Source of the DNA: Somniosus microcephalus
Taxonomy: Eukaryota
Direction of reading: 5' to 3'
DNA: 64,000 nt
NCBI GenBank assembly: GCA_052327205.1
Contig: CM126205.1
Span: forward strand, 245,582,001 to 245,646,000
The notes under the pieces are model-generated. The model saw only the letters and a program-made list of their open reading frames with translations. It was not told the origin of the DNA and searched no databases. Below, in pieces: positions 48,701 to 62,831 of this stretch; the stretch's first letter is position 1; every line of letters begins with the position of its first letter. Both the position numbers and the translations under genes were made by a program.

Positions 48701-51700
48701 ACTGGTATTTATATACAAATTGCGATCGCAAATATACATAACCTTCCAAAGACGAGATATATTGATCTTAGAATAGGCAACGCATAGCTCAAACGTGTTT
48801 TCACCATGAAGCCTTTCTTTTTCACTCAATACAAGGCATTTCGCTGCTCAGTAGCCGTGACTTGTGCCGGTCATTTATTAGTACCAGTTATTTTACCCTC
48901 ACATTGTCCCGGCTAGGTTGAAGGCAAGCAACATTAGTTACCGTAATATTACGTAGGGAGGCATAACCGCAGTACATTTGTATTTATGTATATATTTATC
49001 AATTGTAAATTGCTATGCAGGAAACTTGTTAAATTTACAAAGCCACTTCAACATTCTCGTCTACATTTATTGCTTATTTACACACGAGCTTGACGTTGAT
49101 TGTATCAATATGTTTATTAAAACCAATGATAGCGGTTTAACGTATTAACCACCCTTAAGATTTCACTGCACCAATCTCTAAAAATTGCATGTCAAGTAAA
49201 CAAAATAACTTAATTGTATCAAGAGGTTCTGTATGATATACTATAATTGTTAATTTCAATGTACTCAAATAAAATTATAAGTCTGTAAACCTGTATCATA
49301 AGATCCCTGGTATGACAAAAAACTCATAAAATATTACGACTGCAGACACACTAGAATTAACGGCTATGAAATCTTTGAACTATAAACTGTCCTGGTATGC
49401 AGAGGAGAAGATTACAATATCAAACACAGTTATCATCAGGGTACACTCAACTCACGCAGAGCCAAGTTTTAGCAAAGGAAAGCTTGTATTAATAGCAACT
49501 AGAATGTGGGCTGACTGATTAGTCTCCGAACGACACTTTAATGTTTAATAACGTAGTTATAAGCTGTTTATGGGAGAAGGGTTACATACAATCCTCCTTA
49601 AATTAGTTCTAATGATGGAGCTTAATTAAAACCTCATAATACTTTAAAGCGCCAATGCGGAATGTGATTTGCTGGAAGGATTTTATATAAGGGAAGCTTA
49701 ATGAATATTAGATTTAAACAGGAACATGGAGGCAGTAGTGTTACATTTGCAGCGATTTACAATATAACATGAGGCAACATTCCCCCTCCCCACGTATACA
49801 CACCACCAACAACTCTCAAAATGAGACAAAATAATGGAAAGGACATTTGGCAAATCCTTAAAAAATTTTGGTGGAACAATTTTAAATCACTGTAATGTCA
49901 CAGCAAGTGTTTAGACAGAAAACAATATTTATTTGCTTGTTTTCCTTGTAACATTAACCAGGATGTTGTCCCTACGCTATGCTAGAGGCTCACAATTCTC
50001 CTTTTAAATTTCCCACTAGCCTAAACTGGTATGGTCTTGTGACCCTGAAACCGCCAGCCACTTGTATCCTTCACTTTCACCTTGAATTTTTTTGAGCGCT
50101 TTGCCACATTTAGATCTCAAAATTAAACAAAGAATGTGTGTCATCAGTTTCGGCCTGCGCTTTTGTTTATAGTTTATCAAATAAATGTAGAAAAGATTGA
50201 ATGAAACATCCCTTCCTGTCTGAATATTCAATAAACATCCGGTTAAAATGCACGCAAAGCTCCGGTCAGCCTAACTGTGTTTGCCACCACAGTTGTCTAA
50301 GCAAAACTTTGCTTTAATGTTACCACCTGCAGATACTTCGGAAATGTTTTTGGTCACTGATCGTTTTCAGTTAAATTGTGAGTGAAAGCCAAATTATAGC
50401 GTAGACGACCGCCGCTTTCATTGTGCCTTACTACAAATTGCAAATTACTAGTAACAGAGTCCAACATATTTAAATCACTTCACTCCTTGTCACATTAAAT
50501 AAACTGTTCTGATCTTTGCTATCAGTAAACGATCACGGGTATCAGTTAGCAATTACACGTATCGGAATATTAGCCTCCCCATGTTTTAAATTATATGCGT
50601 CCGTGCATTCGTGGCTACGTCTGAGTAAAATTAATGCAATATTATTATCATCTTATAAAATAAATAGGCAGGAGTAATGAACTCTTTCAAAACAGTTTTG
50701 CGTCATTTAAAAATTAAAAAAAACTATTATTCTACAAGCACAAAAAAACAAAAGTTCCCAACACAATTCGACTGAAGTGTACGGAACTGAAGGGAGGATA
50801 GCTGACAAGAATAAACACGCCAGCCTTGTCACAAGAAAGTGAAACACATCCAGGCAATGAGCTTATGTTCTTAAATCTTCTGTGGGGAAATAGGAAATTA
50901 AAAGCAAAACGGCCCAATTAATACACAACCTCCGTGACGTTGGAGCGGGTATTAGTGCCATTTACTATGATCAGTCGCTTTCGACTATTTAGAAATATGT
51001 TGCAAATGTGTGCTAATTCTGTTTTACAACAGCTTATCTCCTTACATACAATATAACATTACACATTTCTGAAACCATTTCTCATAAAAGAGATGAAAAT
51101 GCCACCTATTATGTATATTCCGCGGGTTGTATCGTTGAATGGTTCACAGAACATTGCCGTCAAATATCCCTTGTTTCCATTCTCTTTGGCAAAACCCGTT
51201 AGTTATTGATTTTTCTCACCAAAGTAAATATTTCTTACTTTTTTCACTTCTACAAAAGAACGTAGGAATTTAACAGGCAGAAACAATGTAAATGGCGTCC
51301 CATGTCAATGCTTTAAAACAACCAATACAGTGGTTAAACATAGCGTCATTATCCAGGTGAAATGTAAAGCCTGAAATATTATTTGATTGTCTAATACGTC
51401 ATTTCATAATCCTGTTAAACTGTCTGGATTCGGAGAAGCTGTAAGGAGGAAGCAGTGCTTAGAAAAGGCGGATTCAGATACGGAGCTGCCATTTAAGCAG
51501 ACCATATCGCCAGGTTGTGAATATAGCTGTTCAGCATTTTTCTCAACGTTGGCTGTTTGATTTAACAATTTCCACCTATTGTTAAATTGTTTAACATCGT
51601 TTTTCAAATTAGCGGCAATATATTCCCCTTAGTTTACTCTACACATTCACAATGTTATTTGGGTTGTTGAAGAAATAATACACCAAGTCTGATTGATGTC

Positions 51701-52773
51701 TGTGTTGTATATTACAAAACCTTTGTTTCGGCCCCATTACTTTGCAATTTCGTGTATTCTGCACCCAACAAATCCGATCAACAAGTTTAAGCGAATATAC
51801 TGAGTAACGTCTAACAAATCTCTCCAAATAACGTCATTGGAAAGTGATTTTTATTTATCTTGTACTTATTACGACAAGAAAGTAACGCCTTAATCTTTGA
51901 AGCGAGCAATAATCCAAATGAATTTACGAGTGCAATGAGCTGTCTTGTATTTAAGTCACTAGTATCTTATTTAATTCCATACTTCGACATTATGTTTCAG
52001 ATATATGACCGCAACAAGTAGAACTTTATCGTTCGTAATACTTACATTATTTCAGTTAATTTCATGTTCATCCCTGAAAGCCATTACCACAGACCTCGAT
52101 TGCTGGGCTGGGCCGCGGAGCTGCAGTGCGCCGCCATGTGGCTATTTGCAGAATCAACCATCGCTGGCAATGTTAAGAGTGTCAATGTAAACGCTCTTTG
52201 CTGTTTTGTCACTTTTTTAACGAGCCTAATCAAATTATAAATGTTATGGGTAATTAAAGTAAGATATGCAGTAAAATCGTACTTAGATCAGTATTGTGCG
52301 TTACAAGGATACAGAGAAAGTCGAACGGTCAGACTTGCATTGGAAATTTCAACTATTGAGTCGTAAATTACAATTCCTCCCATTTCCATGGTAACCGGGA
52401 CACTCGTGGGTGATTGGTATAGTGTATAAACATTTGATGAACATTTCTGACTAGTTCAGCTCGTATGTGAATAACCTGTATGAAAATATATGTTTCCTAT
52501 AATTTAAGCGCAGGAGAACAAAGGAGTGTTCGTAATTATTTATGTTGTGCAAAAAGACTTTGAAAAGTATTGCTGAATGAAACTTTTGAAAAGCACAAAT
52601 ACTCAGTTAAAATAGAGACTTTTTAAGGAAGGGCCATTTTTCACATTTGACTGAATGTGTCCTTAAGCATGCGCACTTTAGTAGAATGTTTTAGATGTTG
52701 AAGTTTCTGTTTTACTTTAGGAGGGAAGCTGCAAGAACAACCCAACAGCCACCAGGCGCCTATGTCTTCAAAA

Positions 52774-52817
52774 AGGTTAAAGGTGATGACCTTGACATTA
52801 TAGAAGTTCAAAGGCAA
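52774..52817. promoter_or_regulatory. Clustered nuclear-receptor sites (DR1 + NR5A/FTZ-F1 site + DR1-like)
   Basis: AGGTTA a AGGTGA (52774-52786) abuts TGACCTTGA, which is TCAAGGTCA on the minus strand (52787-52795), followed by AGTTCA a AGGCAA (52805-52817). Lies between HoxD11 and HoxD10. Confidence 0.5.
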
Positions 52818-53625
52818 CATTATAAGAATTCTCTTTACAAAATATACTTTAGTATGCTCACGAGGCGATGCTACATTTTCAGTATCACCCTGGTCTTCCT
52901 TAAGTTAAACAGATTTGTTTGATATAATGTATGTGAGCCCCTGATTTTATTTTATTTTTTCAAAATGTTGGACGTTATAAATTTAATTGACTTTGTGTTT
53001 TTCTTCCTTTTTAAAATCTTCTAGTCAGTCCTATTTACTTTGATTTCCCTCGATCCTTTTGTTTGGTGTATAGTGCGGAAGCCTTTCTTAGTGACTGGAA
53101 AGTGTAATAAGTCGCCATTAAGCTGTTTAGAGCAGTGAACTTTACGATGTTGTCTAGACAGTTCAAGGTTTTGTAAACAACAATGCTATGTCATGCGGCA
53201 CGGAAATTTGGTAATTCTTTTTCGAAAAGAAACTTAAGCGTTTTGAGAAGCTGTGTTACAGAGACACCGAGGTGAGCTTCAAGTTGTCATTTTTTATTTA
53301 TAAGTAAGTGCTCCTCTTCTGCCGGAGTTCAGTTTATTTTTGAATATACGCTGCCATTTGTTTTTTTCTTACCATACAATCGAAATAAATTCATCAATTA
53401 ATTTCCAGATATAATTATATTTAATTGAAATATGTAAAAAGCAAATTGCAATTAGCTATCATGTTTACAGGTAAAAGATTAGGCCAACATTCGGCGTTGC
53501 CTTTTAAACAGAAACATTCATTTGGGTGCGTTCATTTTTGTATTTTAGTATACTAGGAATTATTTCTTAAATGGCTAGTCGTGCAGACGCATAATACACG
53601 AGCCAGGGACAGTAAACTGCAACAT

Positions 53626-53710
53626 AAACAGAAAATGCTGGAAATGCTCAGCAGGTCAGGCAGCATCTGTGATATTTCAGGTTTCCAGCATTCGCAGTAT
53701 TTTGCCTTTT
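53626..53710. mobile_element. Internally deleted relic of the same Penelope-like repeat (two opposed ends)
   Basis: 53626-53671 is the reverse complement of 32865-32910 (36/46 identical). 53673-53705 matches 32912-32944 directly (29/33). Confidence 0.65.
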
Positions 53711-54485
53711 GTACAGTAAACTGCAGTGTTTGCTTTTTATTGTATTTCAGAGATCAACAATATTTGTATCATTTGAAGCCATTGGTGACATTCTGTATTA
53801 GGTCTGCTTAAATAAACTCAAATAGTCTTTCTTTTTTTTATTTACAACATTTCATATAAGGCTTTTATTGATTTGAGTAAAAACACATTCTAACACGTGG
53901 CTACCATGAAATGGCAACTAGTTTGTAACCTTAAAACAGAATTATTACCATTACAACTGCTTTAGACATCTCTAGCTACGGTATGTTATAGTTAACTGAT
54001 GAAATACAATGGAAAAAGTAAAATAATAAATATGCATTTCTTCTTTTCATGAGAATACACACAACTTGAACAATTTTGGTTAGTTTGGCTAAAAACAGCA
54101 AAAGAAAATATTATATTATCTGATTGACCCATCGCTGTGAACGAACGATTGTTCCATTTCAGCCCTCTATTACCCCAGTTTATTGTTTAAAATGAGCACA
54201 CGGCTCCCTTTTGCCCTGAATATCCCGCAGAATCAAGCTTCTTCCGTTGGAACTGAATAACACAAATGCTGAGGTAAGAATGTTCCTTAATAAACATGTT
54301 TCCAGCACAACCGTGTCACCTTAAATCTGATTCAACGTCAATCGTAATAAGGACAGTGTGGTTTCCACACAAGAACGGCAGAACTGTTCCCTCATTCTTG
54401 CAGTCCCTCCTTGTGTAAATAAATATCGACTAAGGCAATGGAGAGTTGGTCGAAGAGAATCCATCAGAGGAAGCTGTATTCATAG

Positions 54486-54718
54486 TCACAATAAAGGGTT
54501 ACCAGTAAAAAAGTGCAGGCGGTCTCTGCTAAGTTTCTTTTCTTTCATCCTTCGATTCTGGAACCAGATTTTGACTTGTCGGTCGGTGAGGTTTAACATT
54601 CTCGACAACTGCAGGCGTTTTTCTTTGTTTATGTAGACATTGAAAAAAAACTCTCGTTCAAGTTCCCGGATTTGATATTTGGTGTAAGGACATCTTTTCT
54701 TTCTGGATCGCAGGGCAG
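54486..54718 (-). CDS. HoxD11: Homeobox protein Hox-D11, coding exon 2 (homeodomain)
   Basis: Absent from the ORF track. Acceptor CCATCAG|CT. Reads [76 protein letters not shown]. Confidence 0.96.
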
Positions 54719-55281
54719 CTGATGGAAATATGTTAAAACATAATGTTACACATTATCATAGACCAACAGATGTGTTCTTACTTTCTTGCACTTAGTTAAA
54801 CTAAACGTGGAACGATGCAAAAAATGTTCGTGATTGACTCTTCTAATATACCCTGATAGCACTATTTATTTCTCCATAAAGTTTTTTTAATGAACATATT
54901 TGATTGCATTTTCTTTTATGACTTTTGTTTTTGTTTATATACATATTGAAAGCAACAGTAACAGAAAACATCACACATGAAACCTTGCCTTGTTGGTATG
55001 AACGAAAAGTATTTGCAATGAATAAAAACGGAAATACCATCCGATCAAAATGCAATGACATTACCGAAATCATTGCAGAAAGTTAAAATCGACTATTCGG
55101 AATTTTGCAGATTCAAAAAGCCCACCTAAACTGATTTCCCATCGTAAACAACCTTTACAACTTTAAAGCAGATCTTATAGGGTATATAAAATCCTTCGTC
55201 TGCTTATAAAATTTCACATAAAATCTGTGAGACAAAATGTGTTGGCCCTGTATTCTAACCCCGGGTTACTACTGCACCTAC

Positions 55282-55885
55282 TGGATAGGCTGCCTTTCTC
55301 CGCCGCACTGTTACCGGAGGATTCGACGGTGCTCTTTTCGGTTGGACTTTCTTTCTCCTGGCCGGAAGAAACTTTATCAGATGCTGTGATACTCTGGCAC
55401 GTAGACAAGGACTTTTCGGTCAACTGTTCATAATTAGAAGAGTCAGAAATCCCATAGGCTGTCTCAAAAAATTGATCAAAACCTTGAGGAAGTATTCCAT
55501 TCCTGCCAACTGTGGTGTAGAAATTGCAAGATGGATTTGAGCTTCCACGCTGACTGTATACAGTATCATTTTTAAACAACATTCCCGGCCTGGTCGGTGG
55601 CTGGATATAGTCCCTATGCATTATTTCTTCTGCAGAGCAATAAGGAGCATAGTTGCCCCTGTAATGCCACTTAGTCGGATGTTCTAACCCGTAATCTCTG
55701 AACGACACTTCTCGGACAGGTTGAACCTGGGCTAAGTTAGAGGAATAAGGAAATGTCATTTGGCAAGAAGTGGTCTGCGGTAAAAACGTTGACACTGACG
55801 AGAAATCTGGGGCTGAAACATAGTACGTGCAGCTGGGTAGATACATACTCGAGGTGCAGCTACTGCGGTCTTCAAACTCAGTCAT
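55282..55885 (-). CDS. HoxD11: Homeobox protein Hox-D11, coding exon 1
   Basis: ATG at 55885, [24 protein letters not shown]...[12 protein letters not shown]...[18 protein letters not shown]. Best phase-1 donor is TCCA|GTAGGT, with alternatives at 55272 and 55269. Spliced protein ~278 aa. Confidence 0.93.
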
Positions 55886-58800
55886 GTTTTGTTTTCGGGG
55901 TTGCGAGGACGAATTAGCAGGATTGATGGCGTTAAACATGCTCCATCTATTCTACTCTAAAGGCGTATGAACGGGGTCCGCGAAAGAAAAAAAATTGGAA
56001 ACGTAAGCTGACGTGCAATTCATCTTGATTGATTCTGAGGGTAAACGAGTCATGTGATCCAATGTAGAAATTACCATATATCAGTTTTGGTCATTAAGAT
56101 CCATCCTTAGGAACTCGTAGGTAATACTCTCGAAATGAGCCTATCGGTTTTTAGGCGCTGCAAGGTCTGTCTCCCAGTTCCAAAGATTTGTGCTCTGACT
56201 AAAGATAAAACAAACACTATAACAAAAATGTAATTTACACAGTCTGTCAAAGATGCCTTTCTATTTTTGGAAACTTGAAAAACATCACTGGTGTTTCATT
56301 AGCTGTCCAGTTCATATTCATAATATAAAGCCATATTCTGCCAAACAGGCAGAATGTAAATATTACATTTTAAATATTATGCATTCCACGGGCAGCAATG
56401 AGGATTTCCAAGCTATTTTGTGTTGGTGAACCAAATTAAAAGATACAGACTAAGCTATACTTCAAGGTCGGATTGATGTGTGAATAGAATTTTCATTATG
56501 TCTCATAGTAAGGAACTTAAGTGGAATGTATATTAAAGTAAAGGACGATAACGGCACTATTCACTTAGGTATTTTGAACACGGTGATTTCTAGCCGTTCC
56601 CTTCAATTTATAATATCGAGGTTGGCACATTGACAAGAATATGCAAATGGTAGCCATTCCCTACTGCCTAACTTATTACGTTACATCTCCAAAACGATTT
56701 TTCTTCATCAAAAACTTATGATCGTATTTGGAAAAAAATATATTATTGTTTACATTACGCAAAGTAATCGTCCAGTGACCGTGTGGATTTGACGCCATAT
56801 TCAGTATAAACCGTAAATATGTAAATTAAACAAGATTTTGAAGTTTAAAGCACCACTTTTGTACTAACATCAGAATATGGCTGCACTATAATATTTAGAT
56901 TATTCCCAAAATACCAGGATTTCTCGATCTGTAATTTTCTCACTGCAATGTCAAAAATTCATATTCATGATTTGCATAAATTACAAAATACATATTTGCA
57001 AATAAAGACGTATGTTATTGAAGCTGGAAAGTGATTTCGGTACTCTAAGAATTAAAACAAGCGCATTTTCTAGTTATTCCGTAATCTTCCCCATTCTCAG
57101 AATTTAGATAATTCTTTTCAAAATAGATTAATTTGCATGAAGGTGATTATTTGAAAAGTGCTTGAATCTACATATGTGGACTGTACTCTGCCCTTTTAAG
57201 TGACAACCACACAAGCGAAAGTAAAACCAGCGGATGCTTGTAGGTAACTGTTAAATCCCAATTGATTTAAGGGGGAAAGAGCTTCACGGGGAAAATAATC
57301 CTATTTAATTTAGCCAAAATTTCTATTCATGTACATATTTACTTTTATAATTTCATCAAAGAATACATATCATTATCCATACGACCAAACAGCACGTTGT
57401 TGTACGATCAATATTTGTTTACTTTTGTCAGATTAAAATACACAATTTATTATGTCGGTATCTAACCGATTAGAACAAGATTCTGTATAATCAACTCAAG
57501 TAATCTGAGGATAAATCCCAGGTTCTACTTCCCCGAATGAAAACCTAATGGAAACGTGTATATTGTTGATTATTGAAGAAGCCATTTTTTGGTTGTAGAG
57601 TAATTTTCCTAAAATATAGATTCAAATGAATGATTTGAAAGCAACAAATGGGATTCGTTTGCTCCATTAGCACCAAACTTGAACACACATATATAAAATG
57701 TGATATCCGGTCGTTGTCAACATAAAGCATGTGACAATGTATTGTTTTAATTAGTGAGAACCAAAACGCAGTGTTGTCTTTGTGCATTGTAAAATAATAA
57801 TGATAGTTAACCTCATATTAAATCAAAGATTGAAATCTCCTAATGTAACACAACGGAGTGATCTAGCCTGTCGTCAGTGGTCACTGATACAGGAACAGCA
57901 CGTCGAACATTATTCCTGCACAATAATTTGAAATGCGACGCCCCTATCTAACATATACTCATGCAATTTTAAATGTTGTGTTGGAATGTAATATTTCCTT
58001 TTTATAATTAATTAAAGCATCATCAGTTGCGTGTTCTGTTCATAGATTATAGAATTCGCTTAATTAATATGACTTTTGTTGTTCCATATAATAGCTGTTA
58101 AACTTAAATGCACTGGCAATGGTCTCATGTAATTTCCAAGAATTAACTGTTACAAAAATACATATTAGTACAAATTGGGCATCAAATAGCATTAGTCAAT
58201 GATGCTAAAAGATCCGGTTCAATAATGTGGCAATAGCCGTAAATAGAAAGGGAATTAAAGGTGTCCTTTGTTCTCGTCTCGTGTTCAGATGACCAGTTCG
58301 GCCTGTTTTGAATTCTAATTGTCGACAAATACCTAAAAAGCTGCTTAACGTTGATGAGGAATCAAATGCGGTTCTGGTATACTAAGCCAAGGGTTTTATA
58401 GTATATAAGTTAGGATGATTATTCTCTTACATACAGGCAACAAAAGGCGATGTACGAAGCAAGTTTGTCGGACGTATTTTTTTCTTACGCAATTCTTCAA
58501 GTCGACGATCTGCTGTTTCTCGTTGACTTCCCTGGCAACATTTTAGCTTCTTCTTTGCTTTTTTGCACTGCACGCAACATTAAGTATTCCGAATGTGAAA
58601 AAAATCTCATTAGTCAAGCAAAGTCCACGATCTGTAGGTAGGTTAGACTTGTGCAGTCCAAAAAGAGACACTAACTTGACCTTAACTTTGTTATGGCGCC
58701 CCCAGTATCTGGAGAACATGTACAGACACCGTCTGGCAGCTCGACCCATAAAAGTGAGATGAAAAAGAGATTCCGAGCAATTCGACGTAATGTCGGACAA

Positions 58801-61800
58801 ATTCCCAATTGCAAATACTACTCCAAATATAATAACCTTGTTACAACAATATATTTCGATGCTACAGCAATTTACTTTAGTTACAATAATCCAACAAATG
58901 AATGTAAATAAGAGCCTGGAATGATGTGCCACATTATTTACACTTGCGGTATAATACACACGGAAAGCATTCCGAAATTCAGCACCACGCTCAGGGCTGA
59001 GCACTCCCCAAAACGTAGCAGCAGCCGTTAGAAAAGCATAGCGATAGTCACTTTTGGTCCGTTTCTAATTCCATTTGGAAGTCAATTCACAGTTCCGAAA
59101 TACTGGGGTCTCTGTTTTTAAATGAATACTTGAACTAGAAGTGCAATCGCGGTAACAACGGTAATATTTTCAATAAATGCCGATGCATGGTTTCATTGAT
59201 TTTAAAATATATCTTACATTTGGATGAATATGCATTAAAATATGTAGGACCTTCTAGAGTCTGGTACGACATACGTAATTTCCTACGAATTGGTGGTTGA
59301 ATTTGTTTCGAATTATTTTCTAACGTGGCGCTTGCGGACGTCCTTCTTGTGTTCGGTCGAAGCTCCCTCAGAATCATTCGCCCATACTGCAAACCTACGA
59401 GGCGTTTTTATTAGATTACAGTGTTTCTAAAACAAGCTCATCAGATTCAATAGATTCGATAGATTTACGCTAATTCTACTTTAACTTTCTAAAAAGTGAG
59501 CAATGTATTTGTAAACTACTGCATGCATTCGTTTTAATTGAATTTAATAGCAGAAGTATGTACGATTTTATGCAAACGTTTTGCAAACTTAGTGCAATGG
59601 AATTTGATGGAATCTTTGAACATTTAAATACATATTTCACGTCGAGTGGTTATGCAGGAACCTCTAGTTCAGAGTAGCCTAGTTTAAAGTATTCTCTTCC
59701 ATAGCACCTGTCTTTCTGAAATGTAAAAAATGTCTCGACAATAATAGTAACCTTTCTTTTCATTGCCACGGTCCAAACAATGTAGGAACGTGTTCTTGTA
59801 TGTAACGTCTGGGCTGCAGATATCTGCATTTCTTTCATGTACTTGCTACAACCATGAAGCCCAGGGACTAGGGACATGAAAAGTCGCTTTGACACGAGCC
59901 AATAATTGAATAAAAACCTGGGATCAATTTAATTTCACTAAAATAATTTTAAATATGTGCGTGCATTGTTTGCACCGCAAGTCTCATTTACATATTTTGC
60001 CAGAAAAAACTCTTTGAATTTCATAAGCATGTTTTCATCGCCCCCAGACCTAATTGTCGACATGTTATCGTGATATATTTAAGTCCCATGAAACGTTGTT
60101 CGTAAATCCCAAACAGGTAAAGTCAGTAAAATGCTCAGAATGAAATATTTAATTACATTTAATCTGAGAATATATCTTTGCGTTGATATAGTTCAATAAA
60201 GATTCTTAAAAGATTCATGAAATCGTACGGTGCATGTTTAATTAATGGGAGTCCAGACAAATGGCGGGGTTTGATGTAACTGGCTGTTTTCTGGCCACCC
60301 ACGTCCTGATTTGCTAGAATGAGAAGCGAAGTGGCTGCATCTCATTCATTCTCGTTTACATCGTCTGCTAACTGCCCAAACTCAAGTAGAACAACTTTGT
60401 CCATCAAACCTCATTCATTAACAAGCATAACTTATTTACATCAAAACAAAATTTGACACCTTTAAATGAATTAAAAATCTACCATACTTGAAGCCGTCAA
60501 ATCAACAAATTCACTAAGTAGTACGCGACAATGGCGTTGCCCATAAAAGGAAAGTGAAATAATAATTATCAAAGGGGTTGATAGCACTTGGCTCCATTCT
60601 CTAAAACCCAAACATTATTTCCATAGTTCAATACAAACAGTAATTTCGATGAAAAGTGTGTCCCAATTGCGAGTTGAATCGTCGTCAACCTGTATAAAAT
60701 TGATGAACAAAAGTCTCATTCTCGTTTCAAGTGAAACAAGTACGTGACGCCCTACACCCGGGTCAAATCATTTTCCAATTGCAGAAAAGAATAGATGATT
60801 TTAGTTACATTATTTTGTGCAAGTTTGCCTTTAAATATTTGCACTTATGGTTATTTTTTCTGGCGATTAAGAATGTGAATTATTATAAATTAATAGACAC
60901 GTTTTACATAGAGATGCCCATTACTATTTTGCTTCGTATAAAATAGCGGTCAGCCATAAGTAAAAATAGGAAGGTGTTAGGTAACAACGCTCAAACGAGA
61001 GAGTTAAATCGCGTGTTGCCAAATCAAAACCCAGTAGCATAAAAATAAGAGAGGTGACCACGGGATGTCTTTATATATTATGTAGTTTCTATTGGTGCCC
61101 TGATTTCACTTGAATATTGGTGTACAAGAACACAACTGAAAAGAAATATTTGTCTCATTTAATCTGGATTCGATCTCCTTTATCTTTCATCGTGCTCAGA
61201 ATTTCCAGAACCCCGCGAGATTTTGCATAAAAACCCAAATTTGATCGGCAAACTCTGCGATATTATAAAGATCCTTTAGAAATGTGATTGACGAAAATTA
61301 GTTCGCGTGTGTAGTGATCAGCCAATACTGTTCCAACGATAATGCGATCATTTGAAAACGATTGCTTACGACACTATGAACCTGTAATGTGTCTATACGG
61401 CGATTCATATTTTCCAACCCTGTAACTCACGCATCAGGTGCATATGTTGTGTTCTGAATTAATGGCTAGTGTATAAATATTGAAACTTATTCAGGAATTA
61501 GGCGTTCAATGTTACTGGAGTAAAAGAACTGCAATAAATCAATTGTAGAAAAAAAGTTGGAGAGGCGTGTTTCTTTATTTTTATTGTGTTCAATATGGGC
61601 CTTTAGAGAACCCAAGAAAAATACAGTTCCATAACAGTTTATCACCCGTGTGTTTTATTTATTATTTTTAATTTCTGGCACCGTTGCTTATTTATTTTAT
61701 TCTATTCACCGGATTCACGTGTAATTTTAGCAAAGCAAATCTGAACTGCGAAGCCGAGGTCATCGCAGTTTTGAAAACAACGCGGCACCAACTATACTGA

Positions 61801-62592
61801 AGTCAGACACAGAACTTCAACGAGCACCTTTCCTTTCTTCGAATTAAAATTCACACATATCGCTATCACTTATCCCGTAAACGCATTGTTTTCGACAAAC
61901 AAATGTATTACTCCTGGTTAGGCATACATCCTTATCAGATCTCCACACACCTTTGAATGAATCCGCTTTCCGGCTCCAGCTTCACAGCACGATTACAAAC
62001 CAACATGAGTTGTATATACAAATGAAAAATTGCTTCGTCGTTCTTTTTATTAGATCTCAATTTACATAGGTAGAGTGCATGCATAATATTTCTATATTTA
62101 AGATTAAAATACGAATGTTCCATTCCAATTACCTGTTGTACTTACATTCTCAAAATGCAGAATATCTGCTTGTTACTCGAGTGGCAATTTAAACAAATTG
62201 AGGAAACAAAACAATTACAAATGTCTTTGAAACTAATAAATGATGATGAGAAGACGTCGGCACGTTATCCGCGGACAGCGAAGTACAGACCATAACAAGT
62301 CAAATTTGTGCCTTGCGATCAATTTCCTGCTATAGCAAATGTTCACGAGGTATCCATAGTTTGCATCTCAGTCCCTGTTTGTTGCTGATGTTTAACTAAA
62401 CCAACACGCCCTGGACTAGTGGCAGTGGCAATGTAATGTTAGATTGCTGTTTTATATGACAGCACATCAAAGGAGCACCTATCCATTAAAACAATGGATA
62501 TTCTTGATCTACATGCTTTCTGCAAGCAAGCTTAATTACCATAAAAAGTTCAATTCACGACCTTGAAACTCACATTTGAACTTTACTTTGGC

Positions 62593-62831
62593 CTAAAAGA
62601 GTGAGAGTGTTTGTTCGCGCATTACAAGTCTTTTCTTTTTCATGCGCCGGTTTTGAAACCAGATTTTTACTTGCTGGTCGCTCAGATTCAGTCTATCGGA
62701 CAACTCTTTCCTCTTCTGTCGGTTGATAAACTCGTTCGCAAGAAATTCATTTTCAAGTTCAGCTATTTGTTGCTTTGTGTACGGCTTGCGTTTCCTCCTT
62801 GACCTCACTTGGGTTGGACACCAGGGCAGCC
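62593..62831 (-). CDS. HoxD12: Homeobox protein Hox-D12, coding exon 2 (homeodomain)
   Basis: Acceptor TTTGCAG|GG. Reads [79 protein letters not shown]. Confidence 0.96.

Noticed and set aside
48413-59004. 138-aa (48413-48829) and 153-aa (58543-59004) minus-strand ORFs
   Set aside because: Composition is typical of random AT-rich frames, with no motifs or supporting splice structure.
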